Positions 20,325-30,605 of a stretch of 64,000 nt of DNA are shown piece by piece. The stretch lies in the NCBI GenBank assembly GCA_018609125.1, contig JABAYF010000023.1, positions 209 to 64,208 on the forward strand. The letters are read 5' to 3'. The notes under the pieces were generated by a model. It did not search any database, had not been told where the DNA came from, and was given only the letters and a program-made list of their open reading frames with translations. The number at the start of each line of letters is the position of its first letter. Position 1 is the first letter of the stretch. The DNA comes from Candidatus Nanopelagicales bacterium. GTDB lineage: Bacteria > Actinomycetota > Actinomycetes > S36-B12. Both the position numbers and the translations under genes were made by a program.

Positions 20325-21926
20325 GTGAGTGCACCGCGCACAAAGAAAAAGGTGGGCCAGCTTGCGCTGGTAGCCGCCGGTCCTGGCGATCCGGAATTGC
20401 TCACGCTGCGAGCGGTATCGCTATTGCAACTTGCCGACACGGTAGTGGTGGACGCTGACGCGTTGGCCATCATGGGTGATCATGTGCCTTCAGAGACCAC
20501 CGTCACCGTTGCCGTCGACGCCGACGGGGTGCCACTAGACCCGGCGGGTCGAGCCAAGTTGGCGATCGAGGCCTTCCGGGCTGGACATCGCGTGGTGCGG
20601 CTCATGGCCGGCGATCCTTTCCTGGACGGAACAGCCGCGTTGGAGTCTGCTGCACTGCGTAGGGCACGGGTGCCTTTCGAAGTGGCCCCCGGTGTGAGCA
20701 CCCTCACCGGCACGGCAGCCTATGCAGGTTTTGGTCTTACCGAAAAAAATGCCGGTCAGGTTCACGTAGTGACCGACACCGAGGCCACCATCGACTGGTC
20801 ATCCCTAGCGTCTGATGGCGTCACGGTGGTATTTCCGGATGCGGCCGACCGTGCCGGAGACATTGCACAGCAACTGATTGAGGCTGGTCGCAAGGCAAGT
20901 ACCCCGGTGGTGATCACCCGCGGTGGCACCACTGTTGAACAGCGATCAATCAGGTCAACGCTGGCTGATTTGCCGGCCGCAATCAAGTTGGCAAAGCAGG
21001 CTGGTCCAGGCATGGTTGTGATCGGCGATGTGGTCAATCAGCGCGATCGGATGTCGTGGTTTGAGACCAAGCCGCTCTTTGGCTGGCAGGTGCTCGTGCC
21101 GCGCACCCAGGAGCGCTCTGATGACCTGCTCGAACGGTTGATCCGCTCCGGTGCAATCCCCAGCGAGGTACCGACCATTTCGGTGGAGCCACCCCGCACC
21201 CCGCAGCAGATGGAACGCGCCGTACACGGGCTAGTTTCTGGTCGCTACGAGTGGATCGGCTTCACCAGCGTTAATGCCGTCCGCGCTGTGCGCGAGAAGT
21301 TGCAGGAGTACGGCCTTGATGCCCGCTCATTCGCCGGTCTCAAGGTTGCCGCCGTCGGCAACGAAACGGTGCAGGCACTCATCGCCTTCGGTGTGCGCCC
21401 AGACCTCGTCCCCGATGTTGAAGAGACGACCACGGCATTATTGAACGTCTGGCCGCCCTATGACGACCTGATGGATCCAATCAATCGGGTGTTTTTGCCA
21501 CGCGCCGACATCGCGACCGAGACCCTGGCAGCTGGCCTGAGCGAACTCGGCTGGGAAATCGAAGACATCACGGCGTACCGCACCGTTCGGGCAGCCCCGC
21601 CGCCAGCACCCACGCGTGAGGCCATCAAGACCGGTGGCTTCGACGCCGTCATGTTCACCTCGAGCAGCACCGTGCGGAACCTGGTGGGTATCGCTGGTAA
21701 GCCGCACGCCACTACCGTGGTGGCCTGCATTGGCCCGGCCACCGCCGCAGCAGCGGAGGAGCATGGATTGCGCGTGGATGTGCTGGCCCCCGAGGCAACG
21801 CATGCCTCTTTGGCTGAAGCGCTCGCCGCACACGGTGAGTTGTTGCGTTCGGCAGCGGCCGAAAAGGGCGAGGGCACGTGGCGGCCAAGCCGCAAGCGAG
21901 CCGCCGCTCGCCGCCGAACAACCTAG
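20325..21926 (+). CDS. hemD: Bifunctional uroporphyrinogen-III C-methyltransferase / uroporphyrinogen-III synthase
   Basis: N-terminal SUMT motifs (VAAGPGDPELLTLRA, LMAGDPFL) and a C-terminal HemD-like half. The GTG at 20325 has AGGAG about 10 nt upstream. The ORF-track start is 20268. Confidence 0.88.
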   Translation: MSAPRTKKKVGQLALVAAGPGDPELLTLRAVSLLQLADTVVVDADALAIMGDHVPSETTVTVAVDADGVPLDPAGRAKLAIEAFRAGHRVVRLMAGDPFLDGTAALESAALRRARVPFEVAPGVSTLTGTAAYAGFGLTEKNAGQVHVVTDTEATIDWSSLASDGVTVVFPDAADRAGDIAQQLIEAGRKASTPVVITRGGTTVEQRSIRSTLADLPAAIKLAKQAGPGMVVIGDVVNQRDRMSWFETKPLFGWQVLVPRTQERSDDLLERLIRSGAIPSEVPTISVEPPRTPQQMERAVHGLVSGRYEWIGFTSVNAVRAVREKLQEYGLDARSFAGLKVAAVGNETVQALIAFGVRPDLVPDVEETTTALLNVWPPYDDLMDPINRVFLPRADIATETLAAGLSELGWEIEDITAYRTVRAAPPPAPTREAIKTGGFDAVMFTSSSTVRNLVGIAGKPHATTVVACIGPATAAAAEEHGLRVDVLAPEATHASLAEALAAHGELLRSAAAEKGEGTWRPSRKRAAARRRTT

Positions 21927-21970
21927 GCGTCCCCAAAGCGGGGTGGACTGCATCAACGTAGAGTGCAAGG

Positions 21971-22612
21971 GTGAGCCCTTCAACGACGGTGCATCTGCTG
22001 CGACATGGCGAAGTACACAACCCTGACGGCGTCCTGTACGGCCGCTTACCTGATTTTCACCTGTCCGAACGCGGACAACTCATGGCTCAGCGTGCCGCCG
22101 CCGCCCTGGCTAACCGAGACATCGCCGTCGTCACGGCGTCACCGCTGGATCGGGCCCAGGAAACCGCCGCTCCCATCGCAGCCCTGCACGGCCTTGAGGT
22201 GGGTGTTGATCCCCGGCTGATCGAGGCGGGAAATGTATTCGAAGGTCAACGCGTGGGTGTGGGCGATGGTGTTCTTCGCTCGCCCAAAGCCTGGCGCCAC
22301 CTGTGGAATCCGTTCGGACCGTCCTGGGGAGAGCCCTATGACGAACTCGCTGCCCGCATGAAGGCTTCAGTTTTGGCCGCTAAAGAACTCGCACCCGGGC
22401 ATGAAATCGTCCTGGTGAGTCATCAGTTGCCGATTTGGGTGGCTCGACTCAACGCCGAGCAGCGGCGCTACTGGCACGACCCGCGTAAGCGACAGTGCGC
22501 CCTTGCCTCACTCACCTCACTTAGATTTGATGGCGATGACCTCGCATCAATCACCTACACCGAACCTGCTCGCGATCTGCTTGGGCAAGCCTCGCCCGGG
22601 CGAGGGGCATGA
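21971..22612 (+). CDS. Histidine phosphatase (phosphoglycerate mutase) family protein
   Basis: LLRHGE catalytic RHG motif near the N-terminus and a later SH motif (LVSHQ). Confidence 0.85.
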   Translation: MSPSTTVHLLRHGEVHNPDGVLYGRLPDFHLSERGQLMAQRAAAALANRDIAVVTASPLDRAQETAAPIAALHGLEVGVDPRLIEAGNVFEGQRVGVGDGVLRSPKAWRHLWNPFGPSWGEPYDELAARMKASVLAAKELAPGHEIVLVSHQLPIWVARLNAEQRRYWHDPRKRQCALASLTSLRFDGDDLASITYTEPARDLLGQASPGRGA

Positions 22613-23202
22613 CCCGGCGCCCCCGCGTCGGTCGATCATGGGCCGCTCGCGTTTCGACCGCGGCACTGTGCGCTGCTCTTCTGGTGAGCGGCTGCGGTAC
22701 GGCAGCCGGGTCGGGGGACTCAGGGTTTGTCGCTGGTGATGGATCGCTGATTCTGTTGGATGAGTCGGCACGCCAGGCGGCACCTGTTTGGGAAGGCGAG
22801 CTACTCGGTGGTGGTACTGCGCGATCAACGGACTACGCCGGGGACGTACTGGTGATCAACGTCTGGGCATCCTGGTGTGCACCGTGTCGGGCCGAAGCCC
22901 CTGTGCTGGAAGAGATCTGGCTGGAATACCAAGACCGGGGTGTGCAGTTCGTTGGTTTTGACACCCGCGATACTGAAGCAGCGGCACTGGCATTTATCGA
23001 TCGCTATGGCATGACCTATCCCAACGTGATTGACACCGATGGCCGTTTGCAGTTGCTCTTTTCCGACACCCTGCCGCCACAGGCGATTCCCTCGACACTC
23101 GTCATCGACCAGCAGGGTCGGGTGGCTGGGCGAGCCCTAGGCGCCGTGTCTGGTTCGTCTCTGCGCGGATTGATCGAACCACTGCTGGCGCCGGTCGGAT
23201 AG
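22609..23202 (+). CDS. TlpA/ResA-type thiol:disulfide oxidoreductase
   Basis: Lipoprotein-like N-terminus (LLVSGCG) and WASWCAPC active site. It is the first gene of the ccs cluster. Confidence 0.88.
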   Translation: MTRRPRVGRSWAARVSTAALCAALLVSGCGTAAGSGDSGFVAGDGSLILLDESARQAAPVWEGELLGGGTARSTDYAGDVLVINVWASWCAPCRAEAPVLEEIWLEYQDRGVQFVGFDTRDTEAAALAFIDRYGMTYPNVIDTDGRLQLLFSDTLPPQAIPSTLVIDQQGRVAGRALGAVSGSSLRGLIEPLLAPVG

Positions 23203-23213
23203 GGATTTTCGGC

Positions 23214-24014
23214 GTGGGCGGGATTACCCAGACGGTCGTCAATGGCAGCATGCTCATTGCGATACCGCTGGCCTTTGCCGCCGGACTGGTGTCCTTTCTG
23301 AGTCCCTGCGTGCTTCCCCTGGCACCTGGCTATCTGTCCTACATCACCGGACTCACCGGCGCTGAGATTGCCGGGACGCAGGCGGAGGAGACCGCGAGCG
23401 GATCAACCAAGACTCGTAGCGTCGTTCGCAGTCGAGTGCTGCTGGGCAGCGTCTTATTCGTCCTTGGATTTTCTGTCGTCTTTGTGTCCTTCGGCGCGCT
23501 TTTCGGCGGCCTGGGTTCGGTACTGCTGGAGTATGCCGATCCGATCAGCCGCGTACTTGGCGTCGTAGTGATCGTCTTGGGATTGTCCTTCATGGGATTG
23601 GTGGATCGCTGGATCCCGGGTCTTCAACGGGATTGGCGGATGCATCGTGTCCCGGCCTTTGGCGTATGGAGCGCGCCAATACTCGGTGTGTTGTTCGGTC
23701 TGGGCTGGACGCCCTGCATCGGCCCCACCCTCACTGCGGTGCAGGGCCTTGCCTTCACCGAAGCAAGTGCTGCCCGCGGGGCGCTACTGGCTTTCGTGTA
23801 CTGCCTCGGGTTGGGCCTGCCCTTTATCGTGCTCGGTCTGGCCTTCCGGCAGGCTGCCGGCACCCTCACCTGGGTTAAGGCCCACTACGACTGGGTCATG
23901 CGCATTGGCGGCGGCCTGCTCGTTCTCATCGGCATCCTCCTGGTCACCGGCCTCTGGACGGAGATGACCATCTGGATGCGCGTGTGGATTCCTGGCTTTG
24001 AGACTCCTATCTGA
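23214..24014 (+). CDS. ccdA: Cytochrome c biogenesis thiol transporter CcdA
   Basis: Polytopic membrane protein with SPCVLPLAPGYL and TPCIGPTL, the two conserved Cys-containing motifs. Confidence 0.9.
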   Translation: MGGITQTVVNGSMLIAIPLAFAAGLVSFLSPCVLPLAPGYLSYITGLTGAEIAGTQAEETASGSTKTRSVVRSRVLLGSVLFVLGFSVVFVSFGALFGGLGSVLLEYADPISRVLGVVVIVLGLSFMGLVDRWIPGLQRDWRMHRVPAFGVWSAPILGVLFGLGWTPCIGPTLTAVQGLAFTEASAARGALLAFVYCLGLGLPFIVLGLAFRQAAGTLTWVKAHYDWVMRIGGGLLVLIGILLVTGLWTEMTIWMRVWIPGFETPI

Positions 24015-24048
24015 CCTGTTCGGGCCTGGGTGAGCGGACAGGCGGGTC

Positions 24049-25635
24049 ATGGGTGAGACTAAGAAGGCCATGTCCTCGCCACCGTTAAGCCCACCGGCTC
24101 AGCCAACGACGTCGCCCGCGCCGGCACCGCCGCCGCTGGGCCCCGGGGGGTTCCTTCGCTGGATGTGGCGCCAGCTCACGAGCATGCGGATCGCGCTCAT
24201 TCTGCTGTTCTGCCTGGCTGTTGCGGCTATTCCTGGCTCGGTGCTACCCCAGCGCGGTATTGATCCGGTGCTGGTCAACGCATGGATCAGCGATGCACCC
24301 ACGTGGGGCCCGGTTCTGGATCGCCTCGGCTTCTTTGATGTCTACGCGGCCCCCTGGTTTGCCGCGATTTATCTCCTGCTCTTCATCTCCGTTATCGGCT
24401 GTGTGCTGCCACGCACCATGCATCACATTCGGGCACTGCGAACGAACCCACCACCGGCTCCTCGCCGCCTAACTCGCATGAAGGAGTACCGCCAATTCCA
24501 ACTGGCGACGTCCGCCGATGAGGTCCTCGGCAACGTTGAGGCCCAGCTTCGGTCTCGCCGTTGGCGCGTGTCGCGAGGCGGTGACCTTGAGCAGGGCTGG
24601 GTGGCAGCCGAAAAGGGTTACGCGCGCGAGACCGGCAACCTGGTCTTTCACGCGGCTCTTATCGTACTGCTCATTGCCGTCAGTTACGGCTCGCTGTTCG
24701 GTTGGCGTGGCAACGTCATCGTGCGTGAAGGAGGCGGGTTTTCCAACACCCTCACCCAGTACGACGCTTGGGGTGCCGGTCGCATGGTGTCCCCGGATGC
24801 TCTCGATCCGTTTTCGATCACGCTCACGGATTTTCAAGTGGAGTTCGACCGAGACTCCACCCAGCGGGGATCGCCCCTGCTGTTCGAAGCCGATGTCATC
24901 GTTGCTCCCGAACCGGGTGAACCAACATTTACCGATGTGATTCGGGTCAATGAACCGCTGTCTCTTGGTGGCGCCAAAGTGTTTCTTGTCGGCCACGGCT
25001 ACGCACCCCAGGTGATCATTCGCGATGCTGACGGTCGTGTGGTGTACGACGACAACACCATCGTGCTGCCCCAGGATGGCAATCAGACCTCAACCGGTGT
25101 GATGAAGGCCCCAGACGCGTTGCCGCAGCTAGGTTTTCAGGCACTCTTTTTGCCGACCGCAGCGGTTGATGCGGTACGTGGGCCGCATTCCACCTTCCCT
25201 GACACTGATGACCCCGCCATGTTTATTTCCGCGTGGATCGGAGATCTGGGGCTAGACGATGGCATCCCACAGAGCGTCTATCGACTCGAAACTGATGCGA
25301 TGACCCAGATCGGCCTACGGGCCATCCGACCGGGTGAGGTGTGGCAATTACCCGACGGCGTCGGTTCGGTGGAGTTCGGTGAAATTCAACGCTGGGCTTC
25401 ATTTCAAATCGCCCACGACCCTGGCAAGGAACCTGCCCTGATAGCTGCCGGTGCAGCGCTGGTGGGTCTGATGCTCTCGCTGTTCGTGAAGCGTCGCCGG
25501 GTGTGGATCCGGGCGACCACCGGGGTAGATGGAGACACCGTTGTCGAGGTCGCGGCACTGGCCCGTCATGATGAAACAGACCTGACCGACGATGTCGACG
25601 CAGCGGTAGCCGCAGCAGAAGGTAGGGACCGATGA
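24049..25635 (+). CDS. resB: Cytochrome c biogenesis protein ResB (Ccs1)
   Basis: 528 aa with an N-terminal MRIALILLF..LPQRG region and a large extracytoplasmic domain. It lies between ccdA and ccsB. Confidence 0.88.
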   Translation: MGETKKAMSSPPLSPPAQPTTSPAPAPPPLGPGGFLRWMWRQLTSMRIALILLFCLAVAAIPGSVLPQRGIDPVLVNAWISDAPTWGPVLDRLGFFDVYAAPWFAAIYLLLFISVIGCVLPRTMHHIRALRTNPPPAPRRLTRMKEYRQFQLATSADEVLGNVEAQLRSRRWRVSRGGDLEQGWVAAEKGYARETGNLVFHAALIVLLIAVSYGSLFGWRGNVIVREGGGFSNTLTQYDAWGAGRMVSPDALDPFSITLTDFQVEFDRDSTQRGSPLLFEADVIVAPEPGEPTFTDVIRVNEPLSLGGAKVFLVGHGYAPQVIIRDADGRVVYDDNTIVLPQDGNQTSTGVMKAPDALPQLGFQALFLPTAAVDAVRGPHSTFPDTDDPAMFISAWIGDLGLDDGIPQSVYRLETDAMTQIGLRAIRPGEVWQLPDGVGSVEFGEIQRWASFQIAHDPGKEPALIAAGAALVGLMLSLFVKRRRVWIRATTGVDGDTVVEVAALARHDETDLTDDVDAAVAAAEGRDR

Positions 25636-26591
25636 ACTCCGCCACCCTGGCCGAATGGAGTAACGCAGCGGTTTATGCGTCGATGGTGACGCTGACATTT
25701 TCCCTCATCGCTTTCGCCATAAATTTCTCCGCGCGTGGACAGCGTGGAGTTGCCCGGCAAAGCGCCTCCGTGTCGGTCAGCGCGGGCGGTGCTGGTGTGA
25801 CACCGGCAGACGAAGAACGAAGGACGATCCCTGCCGATGACCTCCGCGGACGCCGCGCTGGCAACATTGGCCTAGCCCTGGCGTGGCTGGCTTTCGGGCT
25901 GCTGCTCATGGGAGCAACCCTGCGCGGAATCTGGGCCGGCCGGGTGCCCTGGGGGAACATGTATGAATATTCCCTGTCCTCGGGCGTGGCGATTCTGGGC
26001 GTGTACCTGGTGTGGTCGCTTCGTCGAGATCTCCGCTGGCTCGGGCTGCCCATCGTGGGTGCCACGCTGCTCACCCTTGGCTTAGCCGTCACGGTCCTCT
26101 ACACCGAAGCCGCTCAATTGGTGCCGGCGCTGAAGTCGTGGTGGCTGGTTATCCACGTGTCTGCAGCAGCCATCTGCGGTGGTGCATTCACCTTCGCTGC
26201 GTCAACGGCTGGCCTGTACCTGTGGCGGGACCGGGCTGAACGTAAGGACCGGGTGCGGGGTGCGGTGGCAAACCTGCCCGCCGCGGCGAAGCTAGATTTA
26301 CTGACCTATCGCGTTCTAGCATTCGCGTTCCCGCTGTGGACCTTTGCTGTTATTGCCGGTGCCATCTGGGCAGAGAACGCCTGGGGTCGCTACTGGGGCT
26401 GGGACCCTAAAGAGACCTGGGCGTTCATTACCTGGGTCATTTACGCCGGCTATCTGCATGCTCGATCCACCGCAGGTTGGCGCGGTCGTCGCGCGGCCTA
26501 TATCGCCATTTTGGGTTGGGCGGCTTTCTTGATCAACTATTTTGGCGTTAACCTGTTCGTCAACAGCCTGCATTCCTACGCCGGGGTGTAA
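25632..26591 (+). CDS. ccsB: Cytochrome c-type biogenesis protein CcsB (ResC)
   Basis: Trp-rich heme-handling motif WGRYWGWDPKETWAFITW. ATGA overlap with resB. Confidence 0.92.
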   Translation: MNSATLAEWSNAAVYASMVTLTFSLIAFAINFSARGQRGVARQSASVSVSAGGAGVTPADEERRTIPADDLRGRRAGNIGLALAWLAFGLLLMGATLRGIWAGRVPWGNMYEYSLSSGVAILGVYLVWSLRRDLRWLGLPIVGATLLTLGLAVTVLYTEAAQLVPALKSWWLVIHVSAAAICGGAFTFAASTAGLYLWRDRAERKDRVRGAVANLPAAAKLDLLTYRVLAFAFPLWTFAVIAGAIWAENAWGRYWGWDPKETWAFITWVIYAGYLHARSTAGWRGRRAAYIAILGWAAFLINYFGVNLFVNSLHSYAGV

Positions 26592-26609
26592 GGCCGGGGG
26601 CGGTGCTGG

Positions 26610-26933
26610 CTAGGTAGCGGCCGGATCTGTGCCACCATTGCGGCGGCGCCTCATGCGTTCCTGCCAGGCCTGTTGATCAAGATCTTTCAAAAAGTTGGGG
26701 TCATCATCGGGTGCCATCGGCTGGCGCCGTCCACCACCAAACCGTGGACGCTCCCGACGCGGGCGGCCAACAATGAACCACAGGACACCACCGAGCAGTG
26801 GCAGGACCACCACCAGAAGCAACCAAACCCACTTGGGCAGGGTGCGTGTGGATCCCGATGGAGTCCGAACGACATCCACGATGAACCAGATGTAAAGGGC
26901 CAGACCCAGCAGTACGCCGGCCACACGCAACAT
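26610..26933 (-). CDS. Small membrane protein with a PLD-nuclease N-terminal-like (PLDc_N) domain
   Basis: 107 aa with two TM helices (..LPKWVWLLLVVVLPLLGGVLWFIVGR) and a basic C-terminal tail. Confidence 0.7.
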   Translation of the reverse strand: MLRVAGVLLGLALYIWFIVDVVRTPSGSTRTLPKWVWLLLVVVLPLLGGVLWFIVGRPRRERPRFGGGRRQPMAPDDDPNFLKDLDQQAWQERMRRRRNGGTDPAAT

Positions 26934-27074
26934 GGGTCAACCTTTCCTTGATCAAGGTGGATCGGGTGGAGTTTGCACCTTCACTTCTATCACTACGCGG
27001 TGCCAATGCCACCGTGAGTAGCTAAGCCTAACCCCGGCCCGACAATCAGACATGTTCTCGCCTACCGTGGCAGG

Positions 27075-27488
27075 GTGCGAGGTTTCGTTGTGTACACGGT
27101 CTTGCGGCTCGGGCTGCTGCTGGCAACCTGGTTTCTTGTCCAACTCCTCACCCCCCTGCGGGGGCTGTTCGCCGTCGCCGTGGCTTTCGTGGTGTCCGGT
27201 GTGATTGGTTTCTTCCTGCTTGACCGGCCGCGTAATGAAGCCAGCGTGTCGCTGTCTCGGGTGTTTAAGCGCATAGATGACCGAATCGAACGAGCCAAAA
27301 CTGCCGAGGATGATTACATCGATGCGGTTGCAGCGCAGCGGGCGGAACTAGCCACCGAGGGCGAGGCCGAGGCCGAGCAAGAGGCCAAAGGCCAAGATGA
27401 GCAGCCCGGTGAGCTGGAGCACAGCGACGAGGCCGCGCCCGCGAGCTCCATCGATAACCAAGAGCCCGGCCCGAGCCGCAATGGGTAG
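27075..27488 (+). CDS. DUF4229-like two-TM membrane protein with an acidic tail
   Basis: 137 aa. MRGFVVYTVLRLGLLLATWFLVQLL plus a second helix, then an E/A/Q-rich tail. The last 141 nt overlap the 3' end of menA on the opposite strand. Confidence 0.6.
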   Translation: MRGFVVYTVLRLGLLLATWFLVQLLTPLRGLFAVAVAFVVSGVIGFFLLDRPRNEASVSLSRVFKRIDDRIERAKTAEDDYIDAVAAQRAELATEGEAEAEQEAKGQDEQPGELEHSDEAAPASSIDNQEPGPSRNG

Positions 27489-28235
27489 GGATAGATAGCT
27501 CAACCAGGCCGTCGTGATGCCAGCCCCCCACCCTGTCGCCAACGGAATGACAGACAGGTAAGCGATGGTGAGCAGGGAGATGAACAGCCACCGTGTGCGC
27601 CGGTCACCCAACTTCACCGCCAGTGTGTCCTTGCCGCTGCTGGCATCGGTAGGAATGTCGCGCAGGTTATTGGCCACCAAAACGGCGCAGGCCAGCGATC
27701 CGACTCCCACAGCACCCCACCATGCCGTGGCGTTGATGGACAGCGTCTGCACGTAGGCGGTGCCCAGGACCGGGACAACACCAAAGAAGACGAAAACGAA
27801 CACCTCACCGAGTCCGAAGTAGCCGTAGGGCCGGGGGCCACCGGTGTAGAGCCAACCGGCCGCAAGGGACGCCGCACCCACCAACAGCAGCCACCAGCTA
27901 CCGACCATTGCCGTCAGGGAGAGGCCCAGAACCGCCGCGGCCCCAAAGGCGATCAGTGAGGCGGCTTTGACCTGGGTAGCTGCGGCCAGACCCTGTCCGA
28001 CGAGCCGCACCGGTCCTACCCGGCCTAGGTCCGTGCCGCGCACACCATCGCTGTAATCGTTGGCGTAGTTCACTCCGATTTGCAAAAGCAGGGCAACGGC
28101 AAGGGCCAGCAGTGCCCGTAGGGGTGCGACGGAAGACTCCAGAGCGGCCACGCCCGTTCCCACACTCACCGGTGCTACGGCGGCGCCGAGGGTGCGAGGG
28201 CGAGCACCGCTGACCCACTCTCCCAGGGTTGCCAC
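27348..28235 (-). CDS. menA: 1,4-dihydroxy-2-naphthoate polyprenyltransferase
   Basis: UbiA-family polytopic protein with NDYSDGVRGTD (NDxxDxxxD). Confidence 0.92.
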   Translation of the reverse strand: MATLGEWVSGARPRTLGAAVAPVSVGTGVAALESSVAPLRALLALAVALLLQIGVNYANDYSDGVRGTDLGRVGPVRLVGQGLAAATQVKAASLIAFGAAAVLGLSLTAMVGSWWLLLVGAASLAAGWLYTGGPRPYGYFGLGEVFVFVFFGVVPVLGTAYVQTLSINATAWWGAVGVGSLACAVLVANNLRDIPTDASSGKDTLAVKLGDRRTRWLFISLLTIAYLSVIPLATGWGAGITTAWLSYLSLPIAARAGLLVIDGARGRGLVAVLQLTGLLILAFGLLLGLGLALGG

Positions 28236-28281
28236 GGGTAGGTTCCTCTCTTGGCGAAGGTGTTGGGTTAGTCGGCGATTG

Positions 28282-29523
28282 TTAGCCGACGATGTTGTGC
28301 ACCGCTAGCCGGTCGATCTTGCCATTAGCAAGCATCGGCAATTGCGGCACCTGTCGAAACACTCGCGGAACCGCAGCAGAACCCCCGCGACGTCGAACAA
28401 GGTCACGCAGATGCGCGAAGTCGGCCTCGGTGAGTTCTGTGTCCGCCACAATGACAGCGATGATTTTGCAACCCTCAACCGGATCGGGAATGGCTACGAC
28501 AGCCACCTCGGTGATGTCGGCGGTGATGTGGACGATGTCACTGTGCTGACGCGCGCTCAACAGCTCTGTTTCCACCGCGATCAGCGACACGTTCGTGCCC
28601 CGAACCTGCACCATGTCGTCGCGACGGCCCAGGACCCTTAGCTTGCCGTGACTTATCTCACCTACGTCGCCGGTGACGAAGCCTGCGTCGGTGAAGGCCG
28701 CACGGCTGCGGTCCGGTCGGCGGCGATAGCCCAGCGCAATCATGGGCCCGTTCAGCAGGATGATTCCGTCATTATCGAGGCCGGCTTCCACGCCGGGGAG
28801 TGCGACTCCATCGTGTACACAACCACCGCATGTTTCGGTCATTCCGTAGGTGAGGCAGACATCCACGCCGGCGGCATACGCATCAGCCAACAGTGCGTCC
28901 GGAGCCTGCGCACCCCCGAGGAACACCCGGCCAAGTTTGGGCATGATGCCTCGCGTGACAGGGTCGGCGAGTAAGGCATGTAACTGGGTGGGTACTAACG
29001 ACACAAGTGGTGCCTGATCGATCCATGGTGTCACCGTTTCGGCGAAGAGTGCAGGTGTAAAGCGTTGCGCACCACCGATACTCGGCAGGGTCACCAAGGG
29101 CATCTGCGAAACCAGCGCTCTTACGATGACCCCGCAGCCGGCGGCTGAGGTCACCGGTAGTGCCAGAATGCGGGGGGCATTCTTGACATCTGCGTGCCGC
29201 TGCTCCACCGCGATGGCTGCGCTCAGCAGGTTTTCGGTGCCGATGCACACGCCCTTAGGATCGGCGGTGGATCCGCTGGTCATCAAGATCAGACTTGTGC
29301 GGGGGTCTTCTAGCGCAATGTCGGGTGCGAGTGTGTCTGCTGCTCGTTCGTCACCGTCGGCGACGAACGCCACCGCTGGCCCGGTGACCCCGTTGAGAAT
29401 GTCGGTGAGCGCGTCGCGCACGAGTTCACTTCCGTGGACCCCCGCAGGAAGGCGCAGGACTTCGATCGGCGCAGTGGCGGATGCGGACATGCTTGGCAGG
29501 GTAAGCCTGACTAGGTTGGTCAT
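28282..29523 (-). CDS. menE: o-Succinylbenzoate-CoA ligase
   Basis: AMP-binding motif [13 protein letters not shown] and YGMTE. It is in men-cluster context, upstream of menA. Confidence 0.88.
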   Translation of the reverse strand: MTNLVRLTLPSMSASATAPIEVLRLPAGVHGSELVRDALTDILNGVTGPAVAFVADGDERAADTLAPDIALEDPRTSLILMTSGSTADPKGVCIGTENLLSAAIAVEQRHADVKNAPRILALPVTSAAGCGVIVRALVSQMPLVTLPSIGGAQRFTPALFAETVTPWIDQAPLVSLVPTQLHALLADPVTRGIMPKLGRVFLGGAQAPDALLADAYAAGVDVCLTYGMTETCGGCVHDGVALPGVEAGLDNDGIILLNGPMIALGYRRRPDRSRAAFTDAGFVTGDVGEISHGKLRVLGRRDDMVQVRGTNVSLIAVETELLSARQHSDIVHITADITEVAVVAIPDPVEGCKIIAVIVADTELTEADFAHLRDLVRRRGGSAAVPRVFRQVPQLPMLANGKIDRLAVHNIVG

Positions 29524-29601
29524 AGCAACCTGCGTCCCGATGAGCAGGCCAACAGACCTCCATCGGGGGTCACCAATGTCGACTCAACGAGGTGGTGGCA
29601 C

Positions 29602-30576
29602 GTGACGACGCAAAGCGACCCTGCGGCGGGGACTACGAAAGAATTTGACTCTCGTCAGCGCTACACACTCCCGCCCGTGGTTGCGCCGGACAGCCCTGCC
29701 TACACCGATCCGGCCTATTCCAGCATTGCCGCCGGTTGTGAGTGGGAAGTGGTGGGGGACTATCGGGATATCCGCTACGAGGTGTCCACGGGCGAACGAG
29801 TTGGTATCGCAAAGCTCACGATCAATCGCCCCGAAAAGCGAAATGCATTTCGGCCACAGACGCTGTTCGAACTCGCTGATGCCCTCAATCGGGCTCGCGA
29901 TGACGACCGTGTGGGCGTCATTATTTTGACCGGCCAGGGGGACTGGGCCTTCTGCAGCGGCGGCGATCAAATGATCCGCGGCGACGATGGCTATATCGGC
30001 GATGACGCAATAGCGGGCAAGGGGATTGGCCGACTCAACGTGCTCGACCTGCAGATTCAAATCCGACGCACGCCGAAGCCGGTGATTGCGATGGTGGCCG
30101 GTTACTCCATCGGCGGCGGCCATGTGTTGCACGTTGTGTGCGATCTCACGATCGCGGCGAGCAATGCCCGGTTTGGTCAAACGGGGCCGATGGTGGGCTC
30201 CTTTGACGGTGGCTACGGATCAGGTCTGCTGGCTCGCATCGTCGGACAAAAGCGCGCCCGAGAGGTATGGATGCTGTGTGACCAATACGGCGCAGAGCAG
30301 GCTTATGACTGGGGGCTGGTCAACTCAGTAGTGCCACTGGTCGACCTAGAGCACGAAACGGTGGCCTGGGCTGAGCGCATGCTGAGCCTGTCGCCGCTGG
30401 CCCTGCGCATGCTCAAGGCATCACATAATGCCGCCGACGATGGCCTAGCCGGAATCCAGCAGCTCGCCGGTGACGCAACGCTGCTGTTCTACATGTCTGA
30501 AGAGGCGCAGGAGGGACGCGATGCATTTGCCAATAAGCGCCGCCCCGATTTCGGCCAATTCCCGAAGCGTCCCTGA
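29602..30576 (+). CDS. menB: 1,4-dihydroxy-2-naphthoyl-CoA synthase
   Basis: Crotonase fold with FCSGGDQ and [12 protein letters not shown] motifs. Confidence 0.95.
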   Translation: MTTQSDPAAGTTKEFDSRQRYTLPPVVAPDSPAYTDPAYSSIAAGCEWEVVGDYRDIRYEVSTGERVGIAKLTINRPEKRNAFRPQTLFELADALNRARDDDRVGVIILTGQGDWAFCSGGDQMIRGDDGYIGDDAIAGKGIGRLNVLDLQIQIRRTPKPVIAMVAGYSIGGGHVLHVVCDLTIAASNARFGQTGPMVGSFDGGYGSGLLARIVGQKRAREVWMLCDQYGAEQAYDWGLVNSVVPLVDLEHETVAWAERMLSLSPLALRMLKASHNAADDGLAGIQQLAGDATLLFYMSEEAQEGRDAFANKRRPDFGQFPKRP

Positions 30577-30605
30577 CCATGCCTATCGCCATCCGGTAGA
30601 ACACC

